Source of the DNA: Eutreptiella sp. 'Long Island Sound 2002'
Lineage: Eukaryota > Protista > Euglenida
Length of the DNA stretch: 64,000 nt
NCBI GenBank assembly: GCA_964036045.1
Contig: OZ038378.1
Span: 7,440,001-7,504,000 of the forward strand
Reading direction: 5' to 3'
Position 1 is the first letter of the stretch, and each line of letters opens with the position of its first letter. Position numbers and translations under genes: made by a program. Below, piece by piece: positions 11,353 to 21,638 of the stretch. The notes beneath the pieces were generated by a model that searched no databases, was not told the DNA's origin, and was given only the letters and a program-made list of their open reading frames with translations.

Positions 11353-14300
11353 TGGTAGCATCGTCTAGTTCATCCCATGCGACAATGGCTTTACAACTCG
11401 GTAGTATTCCATGTCAACAAGTAGCACGTCTACATGATCCGCCGTGTTCACCGGTTCGTGAATTTTTCGCCGGCGAGCATCCTCAACTTGAGGGCATGGA
11501 CCTTGACATTCAAGCCGACCGGCGAGTACACGTTGAACGTGAACGGTGGGTTGATTCCGCGGGGTTACCTCATGAATTTGTGTCATTCACATCCGAACCT
11601 GCGGCACAACTTGCTCAATTTCAACAATTAGTTCATGAAGTTCAATTGCAAGGTCACATTAATTCGGTTTTACACGGCGGTATTCAAAACATTTATGGGA
11701 ACTTGGAGACCATCACACGTGGATTGCATGATGCATATCAAGATGACTTGGCTACTCGTCACAATTTGAATATCTTGAGCTCTAATTTTAATGACCATGT
11801 CCGTGGTTTTGATGAAGTGTTGCGCCCATACCTTGCGGGCTTGGAACATTCAATACAATCTCGCGTTCATTTTGACGACTATAATGCTCGCATTGCTTCC
11901 GTTGAGTCACGCTTGGGTCATTTTGATTTGGTTGATCGCCAAATTTCATGGGTCCGCCGTCATATTTATGGGATGCTTGGGGATGATCCTCCACCGTCCA
12001 CGCCGTTAATTAATGACGCGAATTTTGTTCCTCTTACTCGTTCGCTTACCAACCGTCTTGATGCGTTGGAGATTGGTTCTTCGCAACTTCGTGCATCCCA
12101 ATCTCTAATGGATGAGTCCTTGGAGTTGCGGTTAAACGAGTTGCGGCTCGAGTTTATGGAACAAATTGCATCGGTGCGCACCCAAAATTCTTCCCATCTT
12201 CCCACATCCGCTTCGTGCCCCGACACTTGTTCATGTTTTGCGGTCATTGGTGCTTTGCGAGAGCAAGTTTCGGACGTAAAGGTAGAAGTCACCAAGCTCC
12301 AAGAGGCGTCGCGTCATGGGAGTGCCCATACATGTTCGTGCTCGTGTGATGCGCGCGTTCGTGAACTCTCTGATCGCCTCTCTCAGGGAGATGAGGCATT
12401 AAAGAAGTTACAATTGGGGCTTTCCTCTTTGCGGTCGACGCGCACACCTTCGGGTGTGTGTGTTTCATGTTCGGATACTTGTGCATGTTATGTGGCTTTT
12501 GCTACATGTTTTGATGAATGCACACGCAAAATAGATACTCAAACTACGGATTATGTAGCTTTTAAGGCTTCGGTGTTGCAAAAAGTAGCCGCTTTGGAGG
12601 CTTTGGAGTCTTCTCCATCGAGGAGTGGTGCATCTTTTGATGCACGTTTGATGTGTGATCGTCTCTCGGCGTTGCAAACTATTGTGGACGAAATAGGCAC
12701 ACGCTTATCCGATACTCAGGATGCGGACCATTTGCAAGAGCGAGTGGCTGCACTTGAGATTGCGATGAGCGAATGGGATGTCCACGATGGGAGCAATGCC
12801 GATTTGGAGTGTGCATCGCAGGTTTTTCCCACACTCATGGACTCTTCATCGCATGCTCACGTGTTTCATCGTGATTGTGGGTTGAACAAGGAGCGCCTTC
12901 GCTCCCATTCTGTTGATTCTAAGTTGCGGTTTGAACCGAAGGAGCGCGCTTCTTCACGGCGCTCCCGCTCTCAACCGGTCCGCTTTGGCGGTAATGTGCA
13001 AGCATTACATTCAACAGGGTGTAAGGATGATTTTGATTGGGGAGATGGGACACTGAGGGCCCCTAAGGCTAGCTTGCTTCCCATGGCGTTCTCCTCGTCT
13101 GACGGAGGGGTTCGCCTGCAAACTTTGAATGTGCAAGCCCCTTCTATCTTTGGAGGACACGGTGGGCAAGGGGATTTTGAAGATGTGCCCCCTTTGCTAC
13201 CTATGTACGAGGATGAGGAGGAGAGCCTTCATGAGATTTCTTTGGCGGGTGTGGGTATCTCTGCAGATTTTCCGGAGGTTGAGGATTTTTTTGGTGCGGT
13301 GCCGGAAGCCCGCCATGACTACGACCCTAAGCTTCACACCAAAGGACCCGATAAGGCGAAGCTTAGGCGAGTTTTCGGTAGAACGGGTAATGAACGACCC
13401 GACATGGAGGCACTGGATGACGACACTAGGCGAGAAGTCACGAAAATATTGAAGTGCCCAAAGTGGAGTGGAGATTACAATCATTGGGTTGCTTTTGAAC
13501 TGCAATGGCGCAATTTTCATAATTATTGGTATCGGCGGTGTGGCGCGGATATAATGGCGAAAATATTGCTCACTACATTGCCCGAGGCTAAAAGGGCTTT
13601 GTACACCCAACTACACATGTCACTAGGGTGGACTTACCAGAAAATTTGGCTTGATTTGGCGGGCCGTGGGCGGGGGTTGCAGTCCCGAAAAGTGCTGCGT
13701 AAGCAGTGGGAAGCCAGTACCCCCCCGAAGGAGAAATCATTGGCTGCTTATGGCCTTTGGGTTCTCCAATGGTGCTTGCTGGCCCAGAAGGCCGCACCGG
13801 TTACGGCGCTGCAGGCTAAGGATGCGTACATTGAAGCCCTCCACAGACATGGTGGTTATGAGGCTGAGCTAGATGAGATATATAAATATGAACGTGTTCA
13901 TCACGTTGAGCTCAGTCATGAGGGTGCGCATGAGCTGGTGGTGTACGAAATGGGTTGGCGTGAGGACAGAGATGCGGTCAAGCGTGCTGAAGAGGCCTCG
14001 CTCCGCGTGTTGCGTGGGCAAGGTCAGAAATTTCAGGGTGCGTGCAATTATTGTGGCATCAAAGGTCACAAGGAGGGTGAGTGCCGCAAGAAGAAAGAAG
14101 ATGTTGCGGCAGGAACCCCAAACAAGAGACGTGTCCGACCCTCTGGTGGGCAAACTGGGGGGGGGGCAGGACGCGACAGGCAAAATGGCGATACAAATCG
14201 GAAGCTGGGAGATAACGTCGATCAGCAGGGTAAAGGCGCGTCCCTGTTGACAAATGCTCAGCGTCAGGTGGAGCAGTGGCGTAAGGAAGGAGCCTGTGTT

Positions 14301-14516
14301 CGCTGTGGCTCCAAAGACCATTGGGCCAATGACTGCCCGAAGAGTAAGGGCAAGGGCAAAGGCAAGGGTGGAGATGGAAAAGGCAGGGGCCGGGGCGGTG
14401 ACCGAAACAGGAATCGTAGACATCGCCAGGTAAAAGAGGAAGAGCCTGCCCAGGGGAATGCAGATCCCAACCCGTCTCCAGATGCGACTCCTGAACCTTC
14501 AGGTGGTTCGCCTTAG
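11352..14516 (+). CDS. gag: Gag of element 1 (about 1050 aa, two CCHC zinc knuckles)
   Basis: ORF 11337..14516; first in-frame ATGs at 11352 and 11385. Knuckles CNYCGIKGHKEGEC and CVRCGSKDHWANDC, GK/GR-rich tail, ends in TAG in frame with pol. Confidence 0.9.
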   Translation: MVASSSSSHATMALQLGSIPCQQVARLHDPPCSPVREFFAGEHPQLEGMDLDIQADRRVHVERERWVDSAGLPHEFVSFTSEPAAQLAQFQQLVHEVQLQGHINSVLHGGIQNIYGNLETITRGLHDAYQDDLATRHNLNILSSNFNDHVRGFDEVLRPYLAGLEHSIQSRVHFDDYNARIASVESRLGHFDLVDRQISWVRRHIYGMLGDDPPPSTPLINDANFVPLTRSLTNRLDALEIGSSQLRASQSLMDESLELRLNELRLEFMEQIASVRTQNSSHLPTSASCPDTCSCFAVIGALREQVSDVKVEVTKLQEASRHGSAHTCSCSCDARVRELSDRLSQGDEALKKLQLGLSSLRSTRTPSGVCVSCSDTCACYVAFATCFDECTRKIDTQTTDYVAFKASVLQKVAALEALESSPSRSGASFDARLMCDRLSALQTIVDEIGTRLSDTQDADHLQERVAALEIAMSEWDVHDGSNADLECASQVFPTLMDSSSHAHVFHRDCGLNKERLRSHSVDSKLRFEPKERASSRRSRSQPVRFGGNVQALHSTGCKDDFDWGDGTLRAPKASLLPMAFSSSDGGVRLQTLNVQAPSIFGGHGGQGDFEDVPPLLPMYEDEEESLHEISLAGVGISADFPEVEDFFGAVPEARHDYDPKLHTKGPDKAKLRRVFGRTGNERPDMEALDDDTRREVTKILKCPKWSGDYNHWVAFELQWRNFHNYWYRRCGADIMAKILLTTLPEAKRALYTQLHMSLGWTYQKIWLDLAGRGRGLQSRKVLRKQWEASTPPKEKSLAAYGLWVLQWCLLAQKAAPVTALQAKDAYIEALHRHGGYEAELDEIYKYERVHHVELSHEGAHELVVYEMGWREDRDAVKRAEEASLRVLRGQGQKFQGACNYCGIKGHKEGECRKKKEDVAAGTPNKRRVRPSGGQTGGGAGRDRQNGDTNRKLGDNVDQQGKGASLLTNAQRQVEQWRKEGACVRCGSKDHWANDCPKSKGKGKGKGGDGKGRGRGGDRNRNRRHRQVKEEEPAQGNADPNPSPDATPEPSGGSP

Positions 14517-17500
14517 AGAGGTCGGAGACACAGGAAAAAGCGAACACGAGGTCCGATGAGAGTGAGTCGAAAGACGGGAGCCCCTGCTCCGCCTACCACT
14601 GTGGGTGTGTCCTCCTCCCTCCAGTCAGAACCTGTGCCTACTGCTCCGGTGGCCTTGTCTCCTGCAATGGTGCCGCCGGGGCGTTCTGAATTACCTTTTA
14701 CTGATGAATTGAGATTGCCAGTCACGGTGAGTCTCAGGGCTATTTCTAGCTCCCCTGAGCGCATGCCCTTTGAGCCTCAGCGCACTGTGCGGCGGCAGAA
14801 AGTTGAGCGGGTGCGTCGGCGTCGCGCTGAATTGCCGGAAGACGCAAAAACAGAACTTCTGGTTGCAGCCAGTGTGAAGTATCGTGACTGCCAGGCCTGT
14901 GATCGACAGGCTCCCATGTTAGTGGATTTAGGTTCCATGTGTTTTGCCATTGCTCCCCGATCTTTTTTTCCGGAGGGGACATTGGTGCCTGCCACTCGTC
15001 CGCTGCGAATTTCTGCAGTGAATGGAACGCGGTTGGAGGGTGGTACCCAGGGTGCTGTGGTTGACCTGGGGATCGCAATCGAGGGTTGCGATGGCGGTGT
15101 TGTGGAGGTGGTCTGTGAGGGTGCGTTCGTGTACATGGCCGAGGTACAGGAACAGCTAATCGTAGGCTATCCTTTCTGCAAGGCCTATGGCCTTATTGTG
15201 GACCCTGTCCGCGATTGTCTTATGGACGCTCTCTGTGTGTCTGAGTGTGGTTGTCCGGCACAGGTCAGGACATTGCTACAGGTGTCTGGCGCTGGTTCAG
15301 CACCACAGAGCTCCAGTGGGTCTGTGAGTGTTGTACACTCTGGTGGTCGTCAGCGGCGCACAAAGAATTACTGTCGCCGCCTGATTGACCTTGCTTCTGA
15401 TTCTGATAGCGAAGGGGAAACCGCTTCTGGTGTGCCACGCATGGCCGGGGCCCCAGAGTTGATTCTTTCCTTCTCTCGTTTGATGCCAGCAGTCACTGCG
15501 GTCACAGCCGCTTCGTTGGCTGCATCTCTCATTTCTGTGGTTAGCATGATCCCTACCCTATCCTCCCTGTCTTCTCCTGCCTCTCAGGATTCATCATGTG
15601 CGATGCCGTGCAATGCTGAGATACCGACTTCGTCAGAGCAACAGTGCCATAATTCTGACAGGTTGTGTACTTGTGCTAAGGACTGCTTCTGTGTTAAAGA
15701 GTGTATGGCAAGGCGTATCAGACCCACTTGGCGTATTCCCTTGGCGCCTGGACGCACCAATTCATTTGAGTTTATCAACCATGCTGACGAGGGCCATTGC
15801 TGCCCCTGTAAATTGCCATACGAGGACACTGATTCGGAGCAGGGCATCAGCGATGCAAACTCTGAGGAGGATACCCCGACACCGGCAGTGCGAACCCTTC
15901 GGGAGGCGGAGCTACCTCCTGATAGTTTTGCTGGTGACTGGGGTCGTTACAAGCAACATACTGGGGTCTGGGATTCACAAGCAAAGGATGGGGAGTGGCG
16001 CCGCTCAGAGGGGCCCCCCCAGGTACACACTTCAGCAGTCCCCGTATGTTCGTGTGTGGTGGATGAAGTCTGCCAGCGGTGTATATCTGTGGAATCTGAA
16101 TCTGAATTGACTTCCGACCCCCTGTTGGAGGCAGGGCTATGCCCCACGCCTTTATTCTCACGCCGGATTCGTCAGCAATATGATAAGACTTTTCGCAAGG
16201 TTATGGCTTTTCCTCGGCATGAGCGAAAGGCCTGGATGTCTCAACGTGTTCGTCAGTCAGCTAAGTCTGTATATAACAGGGGCAAGCAGATCCTTTTGCC
16301 CAAGGTGCGCGATGCTGTCCTGAAGTGGGCAGGTCTGCAGCATCAGCCTTTTGTTGACGCCTTCTCGTCCAGAAAATCCCGCCTATTTCATAGCTACTGG
16401 GATGCTGAAGACAACGCCTTGCAGCAAAACTGGTCCTATGATCCTAGTTCCAAACGGAATGACAAAATGCTGTGGCTGCACCCTCCCCAGCACCTGCTTT
16501 CTGAGGTCGTGCAGAAAATTCTGCTTGATGAGGCCTGCGGCATTTTGGTTGTTCCAGTGCAAAAACAATTTTCGTGGTTTTGGAGTTTGGGGGAGGCAGC
16601 ACTGGACTGGTGGGACCTGGACCCCTCCGTTCCTATTTACAAAAATGAGCAAGGGGTTGTCTATAAGCAGCCCAACTGGACCACTCGGGTTGTTTTGTTT
16701 GACGCGCAGGGTTCAGCATCCCGGGCTTCAGGGGGCAGGACTTGGGGAGACGTGGATGAGGTGAAGGGTTACTGTGATCCGGATAATAGGGAATGGGAGG
16801 ACGAGGATCAGCCTGTTCGGCTGGACAATTCGCCCTCTACACATTACCCGCTTTCTGACGATCAGTATGAAGCTGATGATGAGTGTGCGGGGCGGCGGTC
16901 TCGCTGTGTGACCTGCCCTGCGCCCTTTTCTGTGCGTGAAGCACGGCTGCGCATGTTGTCTGAGGGGTCACCACAATACAGGGCGCTGCAAGAGAGAAGT
17001 GTTCGTTCGGTGGTCGAGGGTGACAATGCCGACCCTCGATGTCAGCCCATTCGTGTCCGGTTACAAGAGGAATTTTCGAAAGTTTTTACTTTTCCTGATG
17101 ATATACGCACAGTGAATCCCAGTACACGGGGTAAGTATGGGGTGGCCTCTATTTCACTGAAATCTGGGGCTAAGCCTCAGCGGGTCACACCATATCGGGC
17201 GGTGGGGCTACGTGATGCGGCCTTTCGTGAGCTCATCACCAAATTTTCACAACGGGGTATGCTGGAGCCCTCCAGCTCAGTTTGGGCAGCCAGAGCTTTT
17301 TGTGTGCCCAAACCGGGAGGCAAGTGGCGGCTAGTCATCGACTACCGCTACTTAAATTCGCAAATTGATGACGAGCAGTTTCCACTGCCCGTCATCGATG
17401 ATATGTTTTTGAAGCAGTCCAAAAATGCCATTTGGTCCATCTTCGATTTAGAAGATGGTTTTCACCAAATGCATTTGGACGAGGCCTCCCGCCCCCTGAC

Positions 17501-20500
17501 TGCTTTTGTCACCCCATGGGGCCTGTTCCAGTGGACAGTGCTCCCCATGGGGCTGAAGACGGCCCCCCAAATGTATCAGCGTATGGTCTCTGATTGCCTT
17601 AGTTCTTTGGGCCTAGAGCCATACATTGATGATTTATTATTGGGCACCCCTGATACTGAGGATAATCCTGATTTGGACGCACTTGTTACTGATTCCTGCC
17701 TTCGGCAGCATGAGTCTGAGCTGCGCAGATTTCTGCAGCGTATGGATGACTGTGATTTGACCATTAAGCCGTCCAAGATGCTGCTTTTTGTGCAGCGGGT
17801 GCGTTTTTGTGGTCAAATTCTGTGCAGGGGTCGGAGATGTCCTGATCCTGAAAAAACTGCATCGGTTCAGCGATGGCGTTGGCAGGACATCCACACGCCG
17901 ACCCAGCTTAAGGCATTTTTAGGATTTGCACAGTGGTATGCACTTTATATAGACAAATTCGCGGACCTTGCTGCACCTTTGACGGATGCACTCCGTGGCC
18001 TGGACTTAACAAAAAAAGGCAAGAGTAAGTCGGCGCATCCGCCACTTTCTGCGAGGGCCAAGAGGGAGTTACAGGACAGACTGAGGCAGCAACATCCTGG
18101 TTTGTCTGCTGCCCAGAGAGAGCGTTTGCTGCGTCAGCATGTGTGCCAGCGGGAGAACCGCATCCATTGGAGTGACCACATGGTTCGATGCTTCGAGCAA
18201 CTGAAAAAAAGTCTCTGTCAGGATGCTGTGTTACACTTGCCGGATACCACCAGGCAGTTCTGGATCCGGTGCGATTCCTCCGAGTATGCAGTGGGGGGGG
18301 TATTGGAGCAGAAGGGCTGCTCCTGTGCTGAAGCTGATTGCAGTTGCCCGTTACGCCCAGTCGCATTTTTTTCCCGCAAACTGCAAGGCACGCCTGGCAA
18401 GGGCCAAAGGGCCTGGCACATCCGCGACAAGGAAACCTACGCAATTGTGGCCACTCTCTTCAAATTTCGTAGTTGGCTACAGTCAGCACAGGTCAATTTG
18501 CGTTATCCGGTCACAGTTTTGACCGACCACCGAAGCCTGGAAAGTTGGACCCGGGAGGATTTCGACACTGTGTCTGGTCCAATCGGGAGGCGAGGCCGGT
18601 GGCATCAATTTTTGGCCCGCTTCAAAATTGAAGTGGTATACACAAAGGGGGAAAATCAGGAAGTTCCTGATGTTTTGTCGCGGTGGGCCTACCCCGCCAT
18701 GCATTATGCGCCAGATGTGTCGCTGCATGGTTCTGAGCAGGACCAAAGGGGATGGGACAACGATGACCAGGAGGTGCGGCAGTGGGCAGATCAGCTAGCA
18801 GAGCTGCGCTCTGTGTGCGTTAATGTGCGCTCCATTTTTTCTGATTGGTGCGCCAAGCAGCCTTCCCTGCAAGGCTGCCCTGATTCGTGGCGTCATGTCA
18901 GCGATTGTGTTTGCATGTCTCCTTGTTTGCAGGATTCAATCAGTGCTGTGGAGGAAGATGATGTACAGTTTTCACTTGCTGAACGCCGATTGAGACAGGT
19001 TTACAGCACTTCCTCACCCCTTTCCCGGTCTCTTAGGAATAAAAAGTTTAGGACAGTCAGGCGTAACATCCGTCAGCAGAACTGGTCTCCTGCAGCGATG
19101 GTGGCTGCCATGCAGTGTGCCCCTGGGGCCAATGTGGCTGAGGGCGCTGATGGTGTTTCAGATCTGACGTGGGCCAGTGTCCGTGCGAACACTGTCCCGC
19201 CTGATGTTTCAGTTTTGTTTGCTGATTGGGAGCCTGAGTATCGGCAAGATCCTGAGTGGCAAGGGATTTTGGCGTCCCTGCAACAGGATGACCCGCATCT
19301 CAGGGCTCCAGGGTGCTGCATATACCGTCCCAGTCCTGGGACGTTGCGTATTCGTAGGGACGGGAAGCATGTTGTCCCTCGGAGTCTGATTACCAAGGTT
19401 ATTGCAGCATGCCATACGTATATACATGGGGGGGTGGATAAGACGTATCATATCTGCCGCCGCAAGTTCTCCTTTTCTGGGTTGACGGATCGCCAGCTCT
19501 GGTTGGAGGTTAAATCTTTCTGTGACTCCTGTGAGGTCTGTCAACAGACCAAGCCCAGAACGGGGATTCGACCGGGAGAGGTGGAGTTCTATCCTGTTCC
19601 AGATGAAATTTTCAGTAGCCTGGCAATCGATTTTGTCGATTTGCCTACGACAAAGGTCAATGACGTGGTCTTCGACTACGCGATGGTGGTGGTCTGCAGG
19701 TTTACAGGCTACGTGCTGGCCATCCCCACTACCAAATTGGGGATGGACAGCAGGAAAGCAGCCACACTGTTTTTAGAAAGGGTTGTCTTTTTTATGGGAT
19801 TACCCAAAGAGGTATTCAGTGATAATGCCTCTGTTATTAATTCTGATTTTTTGAATGACTTGTTCGATTTGAGCGGGATAGAACACCACACGAGTGTGGT
19901 TTACAAACCATCCACAAACGGCAGGGCGGAGGCCGCGGTCAAAAGTGTGGTCATGGCCCTCCGCAAATTTTTAAACCAGCGGCCACGTAGCTGGTACCAT
20001 GCACTGCCGCTGGCACTGTGGGGGTTGAATGACCTCCCTGGGCTGGTGGCCCCCTATTCCCCCCACAGATTGGTTTTTGGGAGGGATCCTGTGGGATTTG
20101 GGGAGTGTCCGCCCATTGTCCCTGGCGAGGGGGCACAAGAGGCGCAGGATTTTTTTGATCGCCTGGCCTCTGAGCGCAAGCAGGTGCATGACCATCTGGT
20201 CAAGTTGCACCACGACGCTTCAGCCAAATTGACTGCCAAATTCAGGGACATACCCTTCCGGGAGGGGGATAGGGTGTGGGTTCGTGACCTGCCGCGCAAG
20301 GACCAGCCCAATTTCAACAAGTTGAAACGAATTTGGCAAGGTCCCTACGAAATTTTAAGGTGGATGGGGGGGGGCAGATATTTGGTACAGACCAACAGTG
20401 GACCCACAGGTCAGCAGGTGTTGCAGCGTGAGAGGCTGAAGTATTACAGGTCCCCTGATCCCAAAACCAAGGTGCCTCTCAGCTACTACTCTGACCGACA

Positions 20501-20714
20501 GCTTCCACCGAGTGATGACACTTATAATGTTGAGCAGGTTTTGGACCACAGGGGTTCTGGCCCCAAGAAAAATTATCGAAAGGTGGAGCTGTGTATAGCA
20601 TGGATGGGACATCCTGATCGGACCTGGGAGGATATCAGGAAGTTTGTTGGTCGCAATAATGACAGGGTTGAGGATTACTGTCGCCGTCATGGCTTGATGA
20701 AATATTTGCAGTAA
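14517..20714 (+). CDS. pol: Pol of element 1: protease - Dam-like MTase - RT - RNase H - integrase - chromodomain
   Basis: PR VDLGS (14925); MTase-like FVDAFS (16356) and WLHPPQ (16479); RT WRLVIDYR, DLEDGFHQ, PMGL, YIDD (17622); RH CDSS..VGGVL, DHRSL; IN H-x3-H..CxxC, IDF, SDN, GRAE; chromodomain YNVEQVLDHR..W..TWE from 20523. Frame is open from 14517. Confidence 0.95.
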   Translation, partial: RGRRHRKKRTRGPMRVSRKTGAPAPPTTVGVSSSLQSEPVPTAPVALSPAMVPPGRSELPFTDELRLPVTVSLRAISSSPERMPFEPQRTVRRQKVERVRRRRAELPEDAKTELLVAASVKYRDCQACDRQAPMLVDLGSMCFAIAPRSFFPEGTLVPATRPLRISAVNGTRLEGGTQGAVVDLGIAIEGCDGGVVEVVCEGAFVYMAEVQEQLIVGYPFCKAYGLIVDPVRDCLMDALCVSECGCPAQVRTLLQVSGAGSAPQSSSGSVSVVHSGGRQRRTKNYCRRLIDLASDSDSEGETASGVPRMAGAPELILSFSRLMPAVTAVTAASLAASLISVVSMIPTLSSLSSPASQDSSCAMPCNAEIPTSSEQQCHNSDRLCTCAKDCFCVKECMARRIRPTWRIPLAPGRTNSFEFINHADEGHCCPCKLPYEDTDSEQGISDANSEEDTPTPAVRTLREAELPPDSFAGDWGRYKQHTGVWDSQAKDGEWRRSEGPPQVHTSAVPVCSCVVDEVCQRCISVESESELTSDPLLEAGLCPTPLFSRRIRQQYDKTFRKVMAFPRHERKAWMSQRVRQSAKSVYNRGKQILLPKVRDAVLKWAGLQHQPFVDAFSSRKSRLFHSYWDAEDNALQQNWSYDPSSKRNDKMLWLHPPQHLLSEVVQKILLDEACGILVVPVQKQFSWFWSLGEAALDWWDLDPSVPIYKNEQGVVYKQPNWTTRVVLFDAQGSASRASGGRTWGDVDEVKGYCDPDNREWEDEDQPVRLDNSPSTHYPLSDDQYEADDECAGRRSRCVTCPAPFSVREARLRMLSEGSPQYRALQERSVRSVVEGDNADPRCQPIRVRLQEEFSKVFTFPDDIRTVNPSTRGKYGVASISLKSGAKPQRVTPYRAVGLRDAAFRELITKFSQRGMLEPSSSVWAARAFCVPKPGGKWRLVIDYRYLNSQIDDEQFPLPVIDDMFLKQSKNAIWSIFDLEDGFHQMHLDEASRPLTAFVTPWGLFQWTVLPMGLKTAPQMYQRMVSDCLSSLGLEPYIDDLLLGTPDTEDNPDLDALVTDSCLRQHESELRRFLQRMDDCDLTIKPSKMLLFVQRVRFCGQILCRGRRCPDPEKTASVQRWRWQDIHTPTQLKAFLGFAQWYALYIDKFADLAAPLTDALRGLDLTKKGKSKSAHPPLSARAKRELQDRLRQQHPGLSAAQRERLLRQHVCQRENRIHWSDHMVRCFEQLKKSLCQDAVLHLPDTTRQFWIRCDSSEYAVGGVLEQKGCSCAEADCSCPLRPVAFFSRKLQGTPGKGQRAWHIRDKETYAIVATLFKFRSWLQSAQVNLRYPVTVLTDHRSLESWTREDFDTVSGPIGRRGRWHQFLARFKIEVVYTKGENQEVPDVLSRWAYPAMHYAPDVSLHGSEQDQRGWDNDDQEVRQWADQLAELRSVCVNVRSIFSDWCAKQPSLQGCPDSWRHVSDCVCMSPCLQDSISAVEEDDVQFSLAERRLRQVYSTSSPLSRSLRNKKFRTVRRNIRQQNWSPAAMVAAMQCAPGANVAEGADGVSDLTWASVRANTVPPDVSVLFADWEPEYRQDPEWQGILASLQQDDPHLRAPGCCIYRPSPGTLRIRRDGKHVVPRSLITKVIAACHTYIHGGVDKTYHICRRKFSFSGLTDRQLWLEVKSFCDSCEVCQQTKPRTGIRPGEVEFYPVPDEIFSSLAIDFVDLPTTKVNDVVFDYAMVVVCRFTGYVLAIPTTKLGMDSRKAATLFLERVVFFMGLPKEVFSDNASVINSDFLNDLFDLSGIEHHTSVVYKPSTNGRAEAAVKSVVMALRKFLNQRPRSWYHALPLALWGLNDLPGLVAPYSPHRLVFGRDPVGFGECPPIVPGEGAQEAQDFFDRLASERKQVHDHLVKLHHDASAKLTAKFRDIPFREGDRVWVRDLPRKDQPNFNKLKRIWQGPYEILRWMGGGRYLVQTNSGPTGQQVLQRERLKYYRSPDPKTKVPLSYYSDRQLPPSDDTYNVEQVLDHRGSGPKKNYRKVELCIAWMGHPDRTWEDIRKFVGRNNDRVEDYCRRHGLMKYLQ

Positions 20715-21266
20715 TTATCCTGTGTTCTCCTCCTGTATGTCTGTGTGTTAGGTTTGCTGTGCTGGTTCGAGTATATGTTTCGGCATACTCTATGACCCGT
20801 AACTTCTACACCAATTTGCTGAGTACAGAGGGCAGCGCGGCTCTGTCATGCCCTGTTGGGTCAGGGCTCAGTGATGGACACCGGCTGCGCCGGCACAGTG
20901 ACCATTTGCCTGTTTCCCGATCTGTTTCAATTTTTTCTTGTGTGTTTGGACGGTCATTGATTGCTGAGTAGTCATTTCTTGCTGCTTTCCTTCTCAGGTT
21001 CTCGCCAAGCCGACAGCCAATCCACAGGGACAATCGTACGAGCTCAGTCTTTTCTGGGTGTCTTCTGCCATTAGTTACTTTTAATTAATGGGCCTGTCAC
21101 AACCACATGGTTTGCATGCAGGGCAGTGCTGGGTGGTGCTCTCTTTGAGAGCACACTGACTCCTCTTTCGCTGGGCTGCCACTGCAGTCCTGGATTTTTG
21201 GCCTGTACAACCAATTTTCAGACGCTCATCACTTCCACTGATGTGCTGAGAGTCTTGGGAGGGGAG

Positions 21267-21638
21267 TGTAAGTGGCAGCAGCTCAGAGCTAGGATTTGGC
21301 AATAAGGCAGTAGGATCGGCCTGACGATTCGGCAATATTTAATAGTCAAGAAGTGATTTACGATGTACGATTTACGTTGTAGAATTACGAATTACGATCT
21401 GCGAAGTGTGCAGTTATTTTGGTTATCCCACTGAATTACAATGATCTCTGCACAGGGTCCTTTGGAACAATGATTTAATGACCGTTCAACGCTTTTGGTG
21501 ATTGTGCTGCTGCATGGGGTGAGATCCTGTTGGAGTCCATTACATCTCTGCATTTTGGGTATCTTGGCATTTCCGAAACATCTTGTATTTTGGAGATAGT
21601 TGCAATAAAGGATATTTGAGCCTTGAAGACCCATAGCA
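21267..21638 (+). repeat. 3' LTR of element 1
   Basis: Matches 10981-11352, preceded by PPT and followed by TSD GGGTG. Confidence 0.97.

Larger units (their letters stand above)
10981..21638 (+). mobile_element. Full-length Ty3/Gypsy chromodomain LTR retrotransposon (element 1)
   Basis: 372-bp LTRs 10981-11352 and 21267-21638 (TG..CA, no difference seen by eye). 5-bp TSD GGGTG at 10976-10980 and 21639-21643. PBS TGGTAGCA at 11353. PPT GGGAGGGGAG at 21257-21266. Domain order PR-RT-RH-IN-chromo. Confidence 0.97.
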
